Shown: positions 25,793-38,500 of the stretch, in pieces
Layout of the letters: each line of letters opens with the position of its first letter
Numbering within the stretch: position 1 is the stretch's first letter
Assembly (NCBI GenBank): GCA_964016885.1
Contig: OZ024763.1
Span: 18,662,001-18,726,000, forward strand
DNA length: 64,000 nucleotides
DNA from: Eledone cirrhosa
Lineage: Eukaryota
Direction: 5' to 3'
Notes under the pieces: generated by a model
What the model saw: only the letters and a program-made list of their open reading frames with translations
The model's database searches: none
Told to the model about the DNA's origin: nothing
Made by a program: the position numbers and the translations under genes

Positions 25793-26565
25793 CAACTTTG
25801 CCTTTCATCCATTTGAGATCGATAAAAAAAAGTACCAGTCAAATACTGGGGTTGATTCTCCATCTGTATCTCTTCCTCACGCTCATTCTCTCACTCTCTC
25901 TATATCCTTCTCTAGAAGAAATCTGCTGTGTTTAGTCAGACCTGGAGAGGAGACGGGCTCCGCCTGGTTTTAAAATAATGTCTTAAGCAAACGGAATATG
26001 TAAATACAGCACCCCTACAACTCCCACACGAGTTACAGGACTATACATACATGTATATATATACATACATATACATACATATATATGACAAAGCTTTATC
26101 ATTGTATAACAGATATATAAGATTCAATAGAAATACATACATATATCAGTTAATTATTGCTAAGAAACTTATAAATATATAATACACAAAAATATATAAT
26201 CAAAGAGAGAGAAACTCCCACAAAACCCCCACAAAAACCCATCAATTCAACTCTGTGTTTGTGGGACTGTGTATCTGTTGTTGTGAACTGTTTAAAAAAA
26301 AAAACCCCCCAAAGGATCACTGTATGTAAATGTGGCACCCCCACCACTTTCTCTGGAATTGCAGGACTATACATATAACTATACATATATACACACATAT
26401 ATACACATACACATATACACACACATATATACACACACATATATACACACATATATACACATATATGTAAATGTGTGACAAAGTTTTATCATTATATAAC
26501 AAATATATTAGATTAACTAGAAATACACACATAAAATATATTAATTATTGCTAGGAATCTTATAC

Positions 26566-26598
<33 letters not shown>

Positions 26599-26756
26599 TA
26601 CACATATACATATACATATATATATATATATACATATATACACACACACACATATACATACATATATATATATATATATAACAAAGAAAATGTGGTAAGA
26701 TACCAGGTGGACCATAGCACACCAGAGTACTCAATACTTTTCATATATACACGCAT

Positions 26757-26792
<36 letters not shown>

Positions 26793-26991
26793 CAATCAAC
26801 ATATAGAGGGAAGTACACACAGAGATATGTGTTCAATGAAAGGGGATCAAAAACCACCAATGTGACAGACATATTACCTACGGAAGGAATGGTGAATATA
26901 AATCAATAAAAAGAATATATTAAAGTATACTAATATATACATATATATATGTTTATATATATATATGTTTATATATATATACATGCCCACA

Positions 26992-27198
26992 CACATTGCC
27001 CTATGTACTGTACATGCACTTTTTTGATGGGTTGTGGTGCACCTGGGCACTGTGCACAATATTTCATTATTGTTATTGTTATTATATCATGACTCATACA
27101 CTGTTTATTTTCCTGACATTTGTACATTATTCTATGTACTATACATGCACCTTTGATGAGTTGTAGTGCACCTGAGCACTGTACACAATAATTTCACT
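26992..27198 (+). repeat. Duplicated segment of about 78 bp (probable SINE tail)
   Basis: CTATGTACT.TACATGCAC..TTGATG.GTTGT.GTGCACCTG.GCACTGT.CACAAT at about 27001 and about 27133. Confidence 0.7.
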
Positions 27199-27604
27199 AC
27201 ACAAAAATATATAATCAAAGCGAGAGAAAATACCAAAAACCGAAAAAAAAACAACCCAAAATACCCCCTATCAATTCAACACGGTGTTTGTAGGACTGTA
27301 TATGTGTTGTTGTTGTTGTTGTTGTGGTTGTTGTTGTAGTGGACTGTTTAAAAAACAGAAACAAACAAAAAAAAAAAAGATCCTGAAGAACACACGAGGG
27401 AAGGGATCTTTATAAATGGCCAGGGCTGGACTTCCAGAATCTCCCGAGGAACTATTACACTTACATCAGCAGCTTGTTTGGCTTGGTAAGGAAGGAGGTG
27501 GAGGAAGAGGAGGAGGCTTGCATATTTTTTTTTTTTTTTTTTGTTTATTTGCTTGTTTATCTTTTTCTGTTTTTATTTTTATTATTTTGTTTTATTATTT
27601 TAAG

Positions 27605-27826
27605 GGCTGTGGGTTGGTAGTAATTGGTAGAGCGTCAGACACCATGCTCTGCGACATGGAGGTATGTCCCGTTACGTTCTGTGTTCGAATCCTGTGTAGG
27701 TTAACTTTGCCTTTCATCCTTAAGGGGTCGATAAAATAAAGTACCAGTAACACACTGGGGTCGATTTGATCGACTTTCCCTGCCCCTACAATTGCTGGCC
27801 TTATGCCTAAATCAGAAACCATTATT
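27605..27826 (+). mobile_element. Second tRNA-derived SINE family
   Basis: TGGTAGTAATTGG A-box-like, GTTCGAATCC B box, body AACTTTGCCTTTCATCC..GGGGTCGATAAAATAAAGTACCAG and tail ATTGCTGGCCTT.TGCCTAAAT. Related pieces at 3920-3982, 25792-25856, 47432-47602(-) and 59811-59942. Confidence 0.8.
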
Positions 27827-28065
27827 TTGTCATATTTTTCCATTGTATTTTTTTGGCTCCTTCATTTGTTCTTTCTTTGTTCTTTTTTTTTCTTTTTTTT
27901 TTGGTTTATTTATTTATTTTTATATTTTCATGCTTCAGTAATTTCGCTCCCATCAAACTGAGATGAAGGGAAGAGATGCATGTCATACTTTAGTGTTTTT
28001 TTTTATTTTGTATTGTCTATACACACACACTCACACATACACACACATGTTTATATATATATATA

Positions 28066-28521
28066 ATGCCTGTGTAAGATGTGCGATGCTGCCTGGTAGT
28101 GAGACATGGGCAGCAACTGCAGAGGATATGTGACGGCTGGAGAGAAATGAAGCAAGTATGCTCTGTTGGATGTGCAATGTCAATGTGCGTGAACGACCGA
28201 GCATGGATGTGTTGAGAGAGAAACTGTGTATAAGAGGGATAAGTTGTAGTGTGCAGGAGAGAAGACTGCGATGGTATGGACATGTGACGTGCATGGAGGA
28301 TGACTGCTGGGTAAAGAAGTGCCAAGAAATCCCAGTAGAAGGAAGACGCAGTAGAGGTAGACCACGAAAAACATGGGCGGAGGTGGTGAGAGCAGACCTC
28401 AGATCGCTGAAACTCACGGAGGAGATGACGAAGGACCGTGACAAGTGGAGAGATGCTGTGCTGAATAGGACCCGTCCAACCCTTGCAAGCAGGGAAAAGC
28501 GGACGTAAAATGATGATGATG
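28066..28521 (+). mobile_element. RTE LINE 3' fragment (family 2)
   Basis: WMCNVNVRERPS...RRLRWYGHV...GRPRKTWAEVV, with a (GAT)n tail. Confidence 0.92.
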
Positions 28522-28527
28522 ATATAT

Positions 28528-28814
28528 CATCATTCATCATCATCATTTCATTTTACGTCCGCTTTTTCCCTGCTTGCAAGGGTGGGACGGGAACTGATTC
28601 TGGCTTGATTTCTACAGCTGGATGCCCTTCCGAACACCAACCTCATTTACAGTGAGTGCTGGGTGCTTTTTTTGCTGTGGCACCTCCACGACCACTTTGC
28701 AGTGGAATGATAGGAACCCCAGTCCCTATCATCTCATTTCTACAGCTGAGTAAACTGAAGCAATGTGAAATAAAGTGTCTTGCTCAAGGAAACAACACAT
28801 TACCCCTGAGAATT
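28528..28814 (-). mobile_element. 5'-truncated CORE-like SINE, tail-to-tail with the RTE fragment
   Basis: Matches 12119-12395. Confidence 0.88.
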
Positions 28815-28815
28815 G

Positions 28816-28834
<19 letters not shown>

Positions 28835-28846
<12 letters not shown>

Positions 28847-29265
28847 TGTAGTTCCTGTTTGTATGTCTGTTTGTTCACGAACTCCTCCTATGGTTTTGGA
28901 GATAGACCCCCATAACCATATATATTCTGAAACTACATTGCCCAGGGTACTTGGATAAGTATATTTCATTTTAATCAAAGGGTTCCCTGGAGGCACAAAA
29001 CCCCTGATGAATATTTTTTCCCTTCGATTTATAAGAAATTTAAACCATAGGTAAATGACAAGATATGATGCCTATTCACAAAGTTTCAGCAAATTTCAAT
29101 AATATTAAGACACCCTAATGGGGGTTAAACCCCCCAACAGTGAACATTTTGGCCAATAAATGGAACAAGATTTCACGAACTCCTCCTAAAACCCCCATAA
29201 CCATATATATTCTGAAACTACATAGTCCAGGGTACTTGGATAAGTACATAAGTTGACGGGACTAG
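28835..29265 (+). mobile_element. Putative non-autonomous Helitron-like element
   Basis: Starts ATATAAAGTTG..TGTCTGTTTGTT and ends ACGGGACTAG|T. Internal direct repeat 28876-28961 versus 29173-29246. Confidence 0.5.
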
Positions 29266-29570
29266 TTATATCTATATTTATATCAGGATTTTACCAGTTT
29301 TAACCCCCACTCCACTTATTCCACTTCCCCCTCTGATTATTCCAACCCCCTCCCCACTTATTCTCCCCGCCCCCTCTATTATTTGGGACCCTAGAGTAAC
29401 CCTTTCATTACCATATTCCACCTGAACAATACATTGCCCTGTAATTTTCAAATGTAAACATGTAAAACTTAGTTGTTCTCTTCTAACAACATATCTTGGT
29501 GGTTGTCACAGTAGTGGCAGGTTGACACAACCCTGAGCAACCCTTGTTGCTCAGCAGGGAGAGGGGAGGA

Positions 29571-30900
29571 GGTGACTGTTGTGGTGATAGTGGTGGTGGT
29601 GGTGGTGGTGGTAGTGGTGACAGTGGTGGTGGTGGTGGTGTCAGTGGTGGTGGTGGTGATAGTGGTGGTGGTGTCAGTGGTGGTGGTGATGATGGTGACT
29701 GGTGGTGATAGTGGTGGTGGTGGTGGTGGTGACTGGTGGTGGTGGTGGTGGTAGTGGTGATGGTGGTGGTGGTGGTAGTGGTGACAGTGGTGGTGGTGGT
29801 GGTGATAGTGGTAGTGGTGTCAGTGGTGGTGGTGTCAGTGGTGGTGGTGATGATGGTGACTGGTGGTGATAGTGGTGGTGGTGGTGGTGATAGTGGTGCT
29901 GGTGGTGGTGGTGGTGATAGTGGTGGTGTTAGTGGTGGTGGTGATAGTGGTGGTGGTGATAGTGATAATGGTGGTGGTGGTGGTGGTGGTGACAGTGGTG
30001 GTGGTGACAGTGTTGGGGTAGTGGTGATGGTGGTGACAGTGGTGGTGGTGACAGTGGTGGTGGTGGTGGTGGTGGTGGTGATAGTGGTGGTGGTGGTGGT
30101 GATAGTGGTGGTGATAGTGGTGGTGGTGATAGTGATAATGGTGGTGGTGGTGACAGTGGTGGTGGTGACAGTGTTGGGGTAGTGGTGACAGTGGTGGTGG
30201 TGGTGGTGGTGGTGGTGACAGTGGTGGTGGTGACAGTGGTGGGGTGATGGTGGCTATCACCACCACTGTCATCAGTACCACTACTGACGTCACCAATGTC
30301 ATTGACACCACCTCCACCACCAGTCTCAATGTCACCATCACCACCACCACAACCACTGTCACCACCACCATCACCATCACCACCATCACCACCACCATCA
30401 CCATCACCACCATCACCACCACCATCACCGTCACCACCATCACCACCACCATCACCACCATCACCACCACAACCACTGTCACCACCACTATAACTACCAC
30501 CACCATCACCACCACCACCACCATAACTACCACCACCACCACCACCACAACCACTGTCATCACCACCACCACAACCACTGTCACCACCACCATCACCATC
30601 ACCACCATCACCACCACCATCACCGTCACCACCATCACCACCACCATCACCATCACCACCATCACCACCACAACCACTGTCACCACCACTATAACTACCA
30701 CCACCATCACCACCACCACCATAACTACCACCACCACCACCACCACAACTACAACCACCACCACAACTACAACCACCACCACCACCTCCTCAACCACCAC
30801 CACCACTACCAGTCTCAATGTCAGCACCACCACCACCATTACTACCACTACCACCACCACCACCACCACCACCATTACCACCACAATAAACACCACCACC
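29571..30900. repeat. (GGT)n then (CAC)n compound microsatellites
   Basis: Polarity switches at about 30255. Confidence 0.93.
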
Positions 30901-31111
30901 AATTCTAATTTACCATCTGGAATCATTTACATATTCATTTTTTTTGTCCCACCCCACCCCACCACCCCACCACGCCCCACCCCATGAGGCCTTCCTGTGT
31001 GATTTAAAGTTCTAATTAGCAATATAATTGTGCACTCTCTCTCTATATGTGTGGATGTTAATGTGACAATGATGATGATGATATATATATACATATATGT
31101 ATATACATCCT

Positions 31112-31142
<31 letters not shown>

Positions 31143-31393
31143 GTATATATACACACACATACATACATATATGCGACAATACAATGACACATATATATAT
31201 ATATATATATACAGTATATAAGCCTTAATTTCTTTCTCCTTCTCTATCTCTGGCTTTTTCTCTTTATCTCTCTCTCTATCTCTCTCCCTATCTTTCCATC
31301 TCTCTGTTTCCTCGTTTTGTTTCTTTCTCTCTCTTTATTTCTCAGTCTTCCTGTGTCTTTCTTGATACCCCCCCCCCTCTCTATATATATATA

Positions 31394-32024
31394 ATGGAGG
31401 CACATAGCTTAGTGGTTAGAGCATTGACCTTGCAATCGAAAGGTTGTGAAGTTCAATTCTCAGACCGGGTGATGTGTTGTTTCCTTGAGCAAGACACTTT
31501 ATTTCACATTGCTCCAGTTTACTCAGCTGTAGAAATGAGATGATAGGGACTGGGGTCCCTATCATTCCACTGTAAAGTCGACGTGGAGGTGCCACGGCAA
31601 AAAAGCACCCAGTCCACACTGTAAAGTCGACGCGGAGGTGTCACGGCAAAAAAACACCCAGTCCACACTGTAAAGTCGACGTGGAGGTGCCACGGCAAAA
31701 AAGCACCCAGTCCACACTGTAAAGTCGACGTGGGGGTGCCACGGCAAAAAAAGCACCCAGTCCACACTGTAAAGTCGACGTGGGGGTGCCACGGCAAAAA
31801 AGCACCCAGTCCACACTGTAAAGTCGACGTGTAGGTGCCACGACAAAAAAGCACCCAGTCCACACTGTAAAGTGGTCGTGGAGGCGCCATGGAAAAAAAG
31901 CACCCAGCACTCACTGTAAATGAGGTTGGTGTTAGGAAGGGCATCCAGCTGTAGAAATCAAGCCAGAATCAGTTCCCATCCCACCCTTGCAAGCAGGGAA
32001 AAAGGGGACGTAAAATGATGATGA
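31394..32024 (+). mobile_element. CORE-like SINE with about 7 internal 49-bp repeats
   Basis: Array variant CCACACTGTAAAGTCGACGTGGAGGTGCCACGGCAAAAAAGCACCCAGT at 31569-31915. Confidence 0.92.
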
Positions 32025-32569
32025 CCACCATGTGATTTACCCCCTATCTACCCCCACCAACCCCCTCTCTCTACCACCACCACCACCTCTACCATTAACC
32101 CCTATCTCTACCCCCACCCCTCTCTTTTTCTTTTGGCTGTTTAATTAGGGAAGGAAGGAGAGTGTCTGTGGCCCCTTTTTTAGGGTCTTCAAGACTGGAG
32201 GGAAGACGTTATCTTCAAACTAGGGAGCTGGTTGGAATACTTGCAACAGATTGGACTTTGCTAAAGGTACCCAAGAGACCCAAGGACCAGGTTCAGGTTA
32301 GGTGGTGGTGATGGTTGCTGTGGTGGTGGTGATGGTGGTGGTGATGATGGTTGTTGTGATAGTGGTGGTGGTGATGGTTGTTGTGGTGGTGGTGGTGATG
32401 GTTGTTGTGGTGGTGATTATGACGGTGGTGGTGTGGTGGTGGTGATTATGGCGGTGGTGATGACGGTGGTGATGGGGTTGGTGATGGTTGTTGCGGTGGT
32501 GATGGTTGTTGTGGTGTTGGGGTTGGCGATGGTTGTTGTTGTGGTGGTGGTGATGATGGTGGTGAGAAT

Positions 32570-35500
32570 GTAGTCAGTATTAGAAAGGACATCCAGCCAT
32601 AGTAACCCTGCCCCAAGTAATTGCTGTGAAGTGGTCAGTATTAGGAAGGGTGTCCAGTCATAGTAACCCTGCCCCAAGTAATTGCTGTGAAGTGGTCAGT
32701 ATTAGAAAGGGTGTCCAGTCATATTAACCCTGCCCCAAGTAATTGCTGTGAAGTGGTCAGTATTAGAAAGGGTGTCCAGTCATATTAACCCTGCCCCAAG
32801 TAATTGCTGTGAAGTGGTCAGTATTAGAAAGGGTGTCCAGTCATATTAACCCTGCCCCAAGTAATTGCTGTGAAGTGGTCAGTATTAGAAAGGGTGTCCA
32901 GTCATATTAACCCTGCCCCAAGTAATTGCTGTGAAGTGGTCAGTATTAGAAAGGGTGTCCAGTCATATTAACCCTGCCACAAGTAATTGCTGTGAAGTGG
33001 TCAGTATTAGAAAGGGTGTCCAGTCATAGTAACCCTGCCTCAAGTAATTGCTGTGAAGTGGTCAGTATTAGAAAGGGTGTCCAGTCATAGTAACCCTGCC
33101 CCAAGTAATTGCTGTGAAGTGGTCAGTATTAGAAAGGGTGTCCAGTCATAGTAACCCTGCCCCAAGTAATTGCTGTGAAGTGGTCAGTATTAGAAAGGGT
33201 GTCCAGTCATAGTAACCCTGCCCCAAGTAATTGCTGTGAAGTGGTCAGTATTAGAAAGGGTGTCCAGTCATAGTAACCCTGCCCCAAGTAATTGCTGTGA
33301 AGTGGTCAGTATTAGAAAGGGTGTCCAGCCATAGTAACCCTGCCCCAAGTAATTGCTGTGAAGTGGTCAGTATTAGAAAGGGTGTCCAGTCATAGTAACC
33401 CTGCCTCAAGTAATTGCTGTGAAGTGGTCAGTATTAGAAAGGGTGTCCAGTCATAGTAACCCTGCCCCAAGTAATTGCTGTGAAGTGGTCAGTATTAGAA
33501 AGGGTGTCCAGCCATAGTAACCCTGCCCCAAGTAATTGCTGTGAAGTGGTCAGTATTAGAAAGGGTGTCCAGTCATAGTAACCCTGCCTCAAGTAATTGC
33601 TGTGAAGTGGTCAGTATTAGAAAGGGTGTCCAGCCATAGTAACCCTGCCCCAAGTAATTGCTGTGAAGTGGTCAGTATTAGAAAGGGTGTCCAGTCATAG
33701 TAACCCTGCCCCAAGTAATTGCTGTGAAGTGGTCAGTATTAGAAAGGGTGTCCAGTCATAGTAACCCTGCCCCAAGTAATTGCTGTGAAGTGGTCAGTAT
33801 TAGAAAGGGTGTCCAGCCATAGTAACCCTGCCCCAAGTAATTGCTGTGAAGTGGTCAGTATTAGAAAGGGTGTCCAGTCATAGTAACCCTGCCTCAAGTA
33901 ATTGCTGTGAAGTGGTCAGTATTAGAAAGGGTGTCCAGTCATAGTAACCCTGCCACAAGTAATTGCTGTGAAGTGGTCAGTATTAGAAAGGGTGTCCAGT
34001 CATAGTAACCCTGCCACAAGTAATTGCTGTGAAGTGGTCAGTATTAGAAAGGGTGTCCAGTCATAGTAACCCTGCCACAAGTAATTGCTGTGAAGTGGTC
34101 AGTATTAGAAAGGGTGTCCAGCCATAGTAACCCTGCCCAAGTAATTGCTGTGAAGTGGTCAGTATTAGAAAGGGTGTCCAGTCATAGTAACCATGCCACA
34201 AGTAATTGCTGTGAAGTGGTCAGTATTAGAAAGGGTGTCCAGTCATAGTAACCCTGCCACAAGTAATTGCTGTGAAGTGGTCAGTATTAGAAAGGGTGTC
34301 CAGTCATAGTAACCCTGCCACAAGTAATTGCTGTGAAGTGGTCAGTATTAGAAAGGGTGTCCAGCCATAGTAACCCTGCCCAAGTAATTGCTGTGAAGTG
34401 GTCAGTATTAGAAAGGGTGTCCAGTCATAGTAACCATGCCCCAAGTAATTGCTGTGAAGTGGTCAGTATTAGAAAGGGTGTCCAGTCATAGTAACCCTGC
34501 CACAAGTAATTGCTGTGAAGTGGTCAGTATTAGAAAGGGTGTCCAGTCATAGTAACCCTGCCACAAGTAATTGCTGTGAAGTGGTCAGTATTAGAAAGGG
34601 TGTCCAGTCATAGTAACCCTGCCACAAGTAATTGCTGTGAAGTGGTCAGTATTAGAAAGGGTGTCCAGTTATAGTAACCCTGCCACAAGTAATTGCTGTG
34701 AAGTGGTCAGTATTAGAAAGGGTGTCCAGTCATAGTAACCCTGCCACAAGTAATTGCTGTGAAGTGGTCAGTATTAGAAAGGGTGTCCAGCCATAGTAAC
34801 CCTGCCCAAGTAATTGCTGTGAAGTGGTCAGTATTAGAAAGGGTGTCCAGTCATAGTAACCATGCCCCAAGTAATTGCTGTGAAGTGGTCAGTATTAGAA
34901 AGGGTGTCCAGTCATAGTAACCCTGCCACAAGTAATTGCTGTGAAGTGGTCAGTATTAGAAAGGGTGTCCAGTCATAGTAACCCTGCCACAAGTAATTGC
35001 TGTGAAGTGGTCAGTATTAGAAAGGGTGTCCAGTCATAGTAACCCTGCCACAAGTAATTGCTGTGAAGTGGTCAGTATTAGAAAGGGTGTCCAGTCATAG
35101 TAACCCTGCCACAAGTAATTGCTGTGAAGTGGTCAGTATTAGAAAGGGTGTCCAGTCATAGTAACCCTGCCACAAGTAATTGCTGTGAAGTGGTCAGTAT
35201 TAGAAAGGGTGTCCAGTCATAGTAACCCTGCCACAAGTAATTGCTGTGAAGTGGTCAGTATTAGAAAGGGTGTCCAGCCATAGTAACCCTGCCCCAAGTA
35301 ATTGCTGTGAAGTGGTCAGTATTAGAAAGGGTGTCCAGCCATAGTAACCCTGCCCCAAGTAATTGCTGTGAAGTGGTCAGTATTAGAAAGGGTGTCCAGT
35401 CATAGTAACCCTGCCCCAAGTAATTGCTGTGAAGTGGTCAGTATTAGAAAGGGTGTCCAGCCATAGTAACCCTGCCCCAAGTAATTGCTGTGAAGTGGTC

Positions 35501-38500
35501 AGTATTAGAAAGGGTGTCCAGTCATAGTAACCCTGCCCCAAGTAATTGCTGTGAAGTGGTCAGTATTAGAAAGGGTGTCCAGCCATAGTAACCCTGCCAC
35601 AAGTAATTGCTGTGAAGTGGTTAGTATTAGAAAGGGTGTCCAGTTATAGTAACCCTGCCCCAAGTAATTGCTGTGAAGTGGTCAGTATTAGAAAGGGTGT
35701 CCAGTCATAGTAACCCTGCCTCAAGTAATTGCTGTGAAGTGGTCAGTATTAGAAAGGGTGTCCAGCCATAGTAACCCTGCCACAAGTAATTGCTGTGAAG
35801 TGGTCAGTATTAGAAAGGGTGTCCAGTCATAGTAACCCTGCCACAAGTAATTGCTGTGAAGTGGTCAGTATTAGAAAGGGTGTCCAGTCATAGTAACCCT
35901 GCCACAAGTAATTGCTGTGAAGTGGTCAGTATTAGAAAGGGTGTCCAGTCATAGTAACCCTGCCTCAAGTAATTGCTGTGAAGTGGTCAGTATTAGAAAG
36001 GGTGTCCAGTCATAGTAACCCTGCCCCAAGTAATTGCTGTGAAGTGGTTAGTATTAGAAAGGGTGTCCAGTCATAGTAACCCTGCCTCAAGTAATTGCTG
36101 TGAAGTGGTCAGTATTAGAAAGGGTGTCCAGCCATAGTAACCCTGCCCCAAGTAATTGCTGTGAAGTGGTCAGTATTAGAAAGGGTGTCCAGTCATAGTA
36201 ACCCTGCCCCAAGTAATTGCTGTGAAGTGGTCAGTATTAGAAAGGGTGTCCAGTCATAGTAACCCTGCCCCAAGTAATTGCTGTGAAGTGGTCAGTATTA
36301 GAAAGGGTGTCCAGTTATAGTAACCCTGCCCCAAGTAATTGCTGTGAAGTGGTCAGTATTAGAAAGGGTGTCCAGTCATAGTAACCCTGCCCCAAGTAAT
36401 TGCTGTGAAGTGGTCAGTATTAGAAAGGGTGTCCAGTCATAGTAACCCTGCCCCAAGTAATTGCTGTGAAGTGGTCAGTATTAGAAAGGGTGTCCAGTCA
36501 TAGTAACCCTGCCCCAAGTAATTGCTGTGAAGTGGTCAGTATTAGAAAGGGTGTCCAGCCATAGTAACCCTGCCCCAAGTAATTGCTGTGAAGTGGTCAG
36601 TATTAGAAAGGGTGTCCAGTCATAGTAACCCTGCCCCAAGTAATTGCTGTGAAGTGGTTAGTATTAGAAAGGGTGTCCAGCCATAGTAACCCTGCCCCAA
36701 GTAATTGCTGTGAAGTGGTCAGTATTAGAAAGGGTGTCCAGCCATAGTAACCCTGCCCCAAGTAATTGCTGTGAAGTGGTTAGTATTAGAAAGGGTGTCC
36801 AGTTATAGTAACCCTGCCACAAGTAATTGCTGTGAAGTGGTCAGTATTAGAAAGGGTGTCCAGTCATAGTAACCCTGCCACAAGTAATTGCTGTGAAGTG
36901 GTCAGTATTAGAAAGGGTGTCCAGCCATAGTAACCCTGCCCCAAGTAATTGCTGTGAAGTGGTCAGTATTAGAAAGGGTGTCCAGTTATAGTAACCCTGC
37001 CCCAAGTAATTGCTGTGAAGTGGTTAGTATTAGAAAGGGTGTCCAGTTATAGTAACCCTGCCCCAAGTAATTGCTGTGAAGTGGTTAGTATTAGAAAGGG
37101 TGTCCAGCCATAGTAACCCTGCCCCAAGTAATTGCTGTGAAGTGGTCAGTATTAGAAAGGGTGTCCAGTCATAGTAACCCTGCCCCAAGTAATTGCTGTG
37201 AAGTGGTCAGTATTAGAAAGGGTGTCCAGTCATAGTAACCCTGCCCCAAGTAATTGCTGTGAAGTGGTCAGTATTAGAAAGGGTGTCCAGCCATAGTAAC
37301 CCTGCCCCAAGTAATTGCTGTGAAGTGGTCAGTATTAGAAAGGGTGTCCAGCCATAGTAACCCTGCCCCAAGTAATTGCTGTGAAGTGGTCAGTATTAGA
37401 AAGGGTGTCCAGCCATAGTAACCCTGCCCCAAGTAATTGCTGTGAAGTGGTCAGTATTAGAAAGGGTGTCCAGTCATAGTAACCCTGCCCCAAGTAATTG
37501 CTGTGAAGTGGTCAGTATTAGAAAGGGTGTCCAGCCATAGTAACCCTGCCCCAAGTAATTGCTGTGAAGTGGTCAGTATTAGAAAGGGTGTCCAGTCATA
37601 GTAACCCTGCCCCAAGTAATTGCTGTGAAGTGGTTAGTATTAGAAAGGGTGTCCAGCCATAGTAACCCTGCCCCAAGTAATTGCTGTGAAGTGGTCAGTA
37701 TTAGAAAGGGTGTCCAGCCATAGTAACCCTGCCCCAAGTAATTGCTGTGAAGTGGTTAGTATTAGAAAGGGTGTCCAGTCATAGTAACCCTGCCCCAAGT
37801 AATTGCTGTGAAGTGGTTAGTATTAGAAAGGGTGTCCAGTCATAGTAACCCTGCCCCAAGTAATTGCTGTGAAGTGGTCAGTATTAGAAAGGGTGTCCAG
37901 CCATAGTAACCCTGCCCCAAGTAATTGCTGTGAAGTGGTTAGTATTAGAAAGGGTGTCCAGCCATAGTAACCCTGCCCCAAGTAATTGCTGTGAAGTGGT
38001 CAGTATTAGAAAGGGTGTCCAGTCATAGTAACCCTGCCCCAAGTAATTGCTGTGAAGTGGTCAGTATTAGAAAGGGTGTCCAGTCATAGTAACCCTGCCC
38101 CAAGTAATTGCTGTGAAGTGGTCAGTATTAGAAAGGGTGTCCAGCCATAGTAACCCTGCCCCAAGTAATTGCTGTGAAGTGGTTAGTATTAGAAAGGGTG
38201 TCCAGCCATAGTAACCCTGCCCCAAGTAATTGCTGTGAAGTGGTCAGTATTAGAAAGGGTGTCCAGTCATAGTAACCCTGCCCCAAGTAATTGCTGTGAA
38301 GTGGTCAGTATTAGAAAGGGTGTCCAGTCATAGTAACCCTGCCCCAAGTAATTGCTGTGAAGTGGTCAGTATTAGAAAGGGTGTCCAGTCATAGTAACCC
38401 TGCCCCAAGTAATTGCTGTGAAGTGGTCAGTATTAGAAAGGGTGTCCAGCCATAGTAACCCTGCCCCAAGTAATTGCTGTGAAGTGGTCAGTATTAGAAA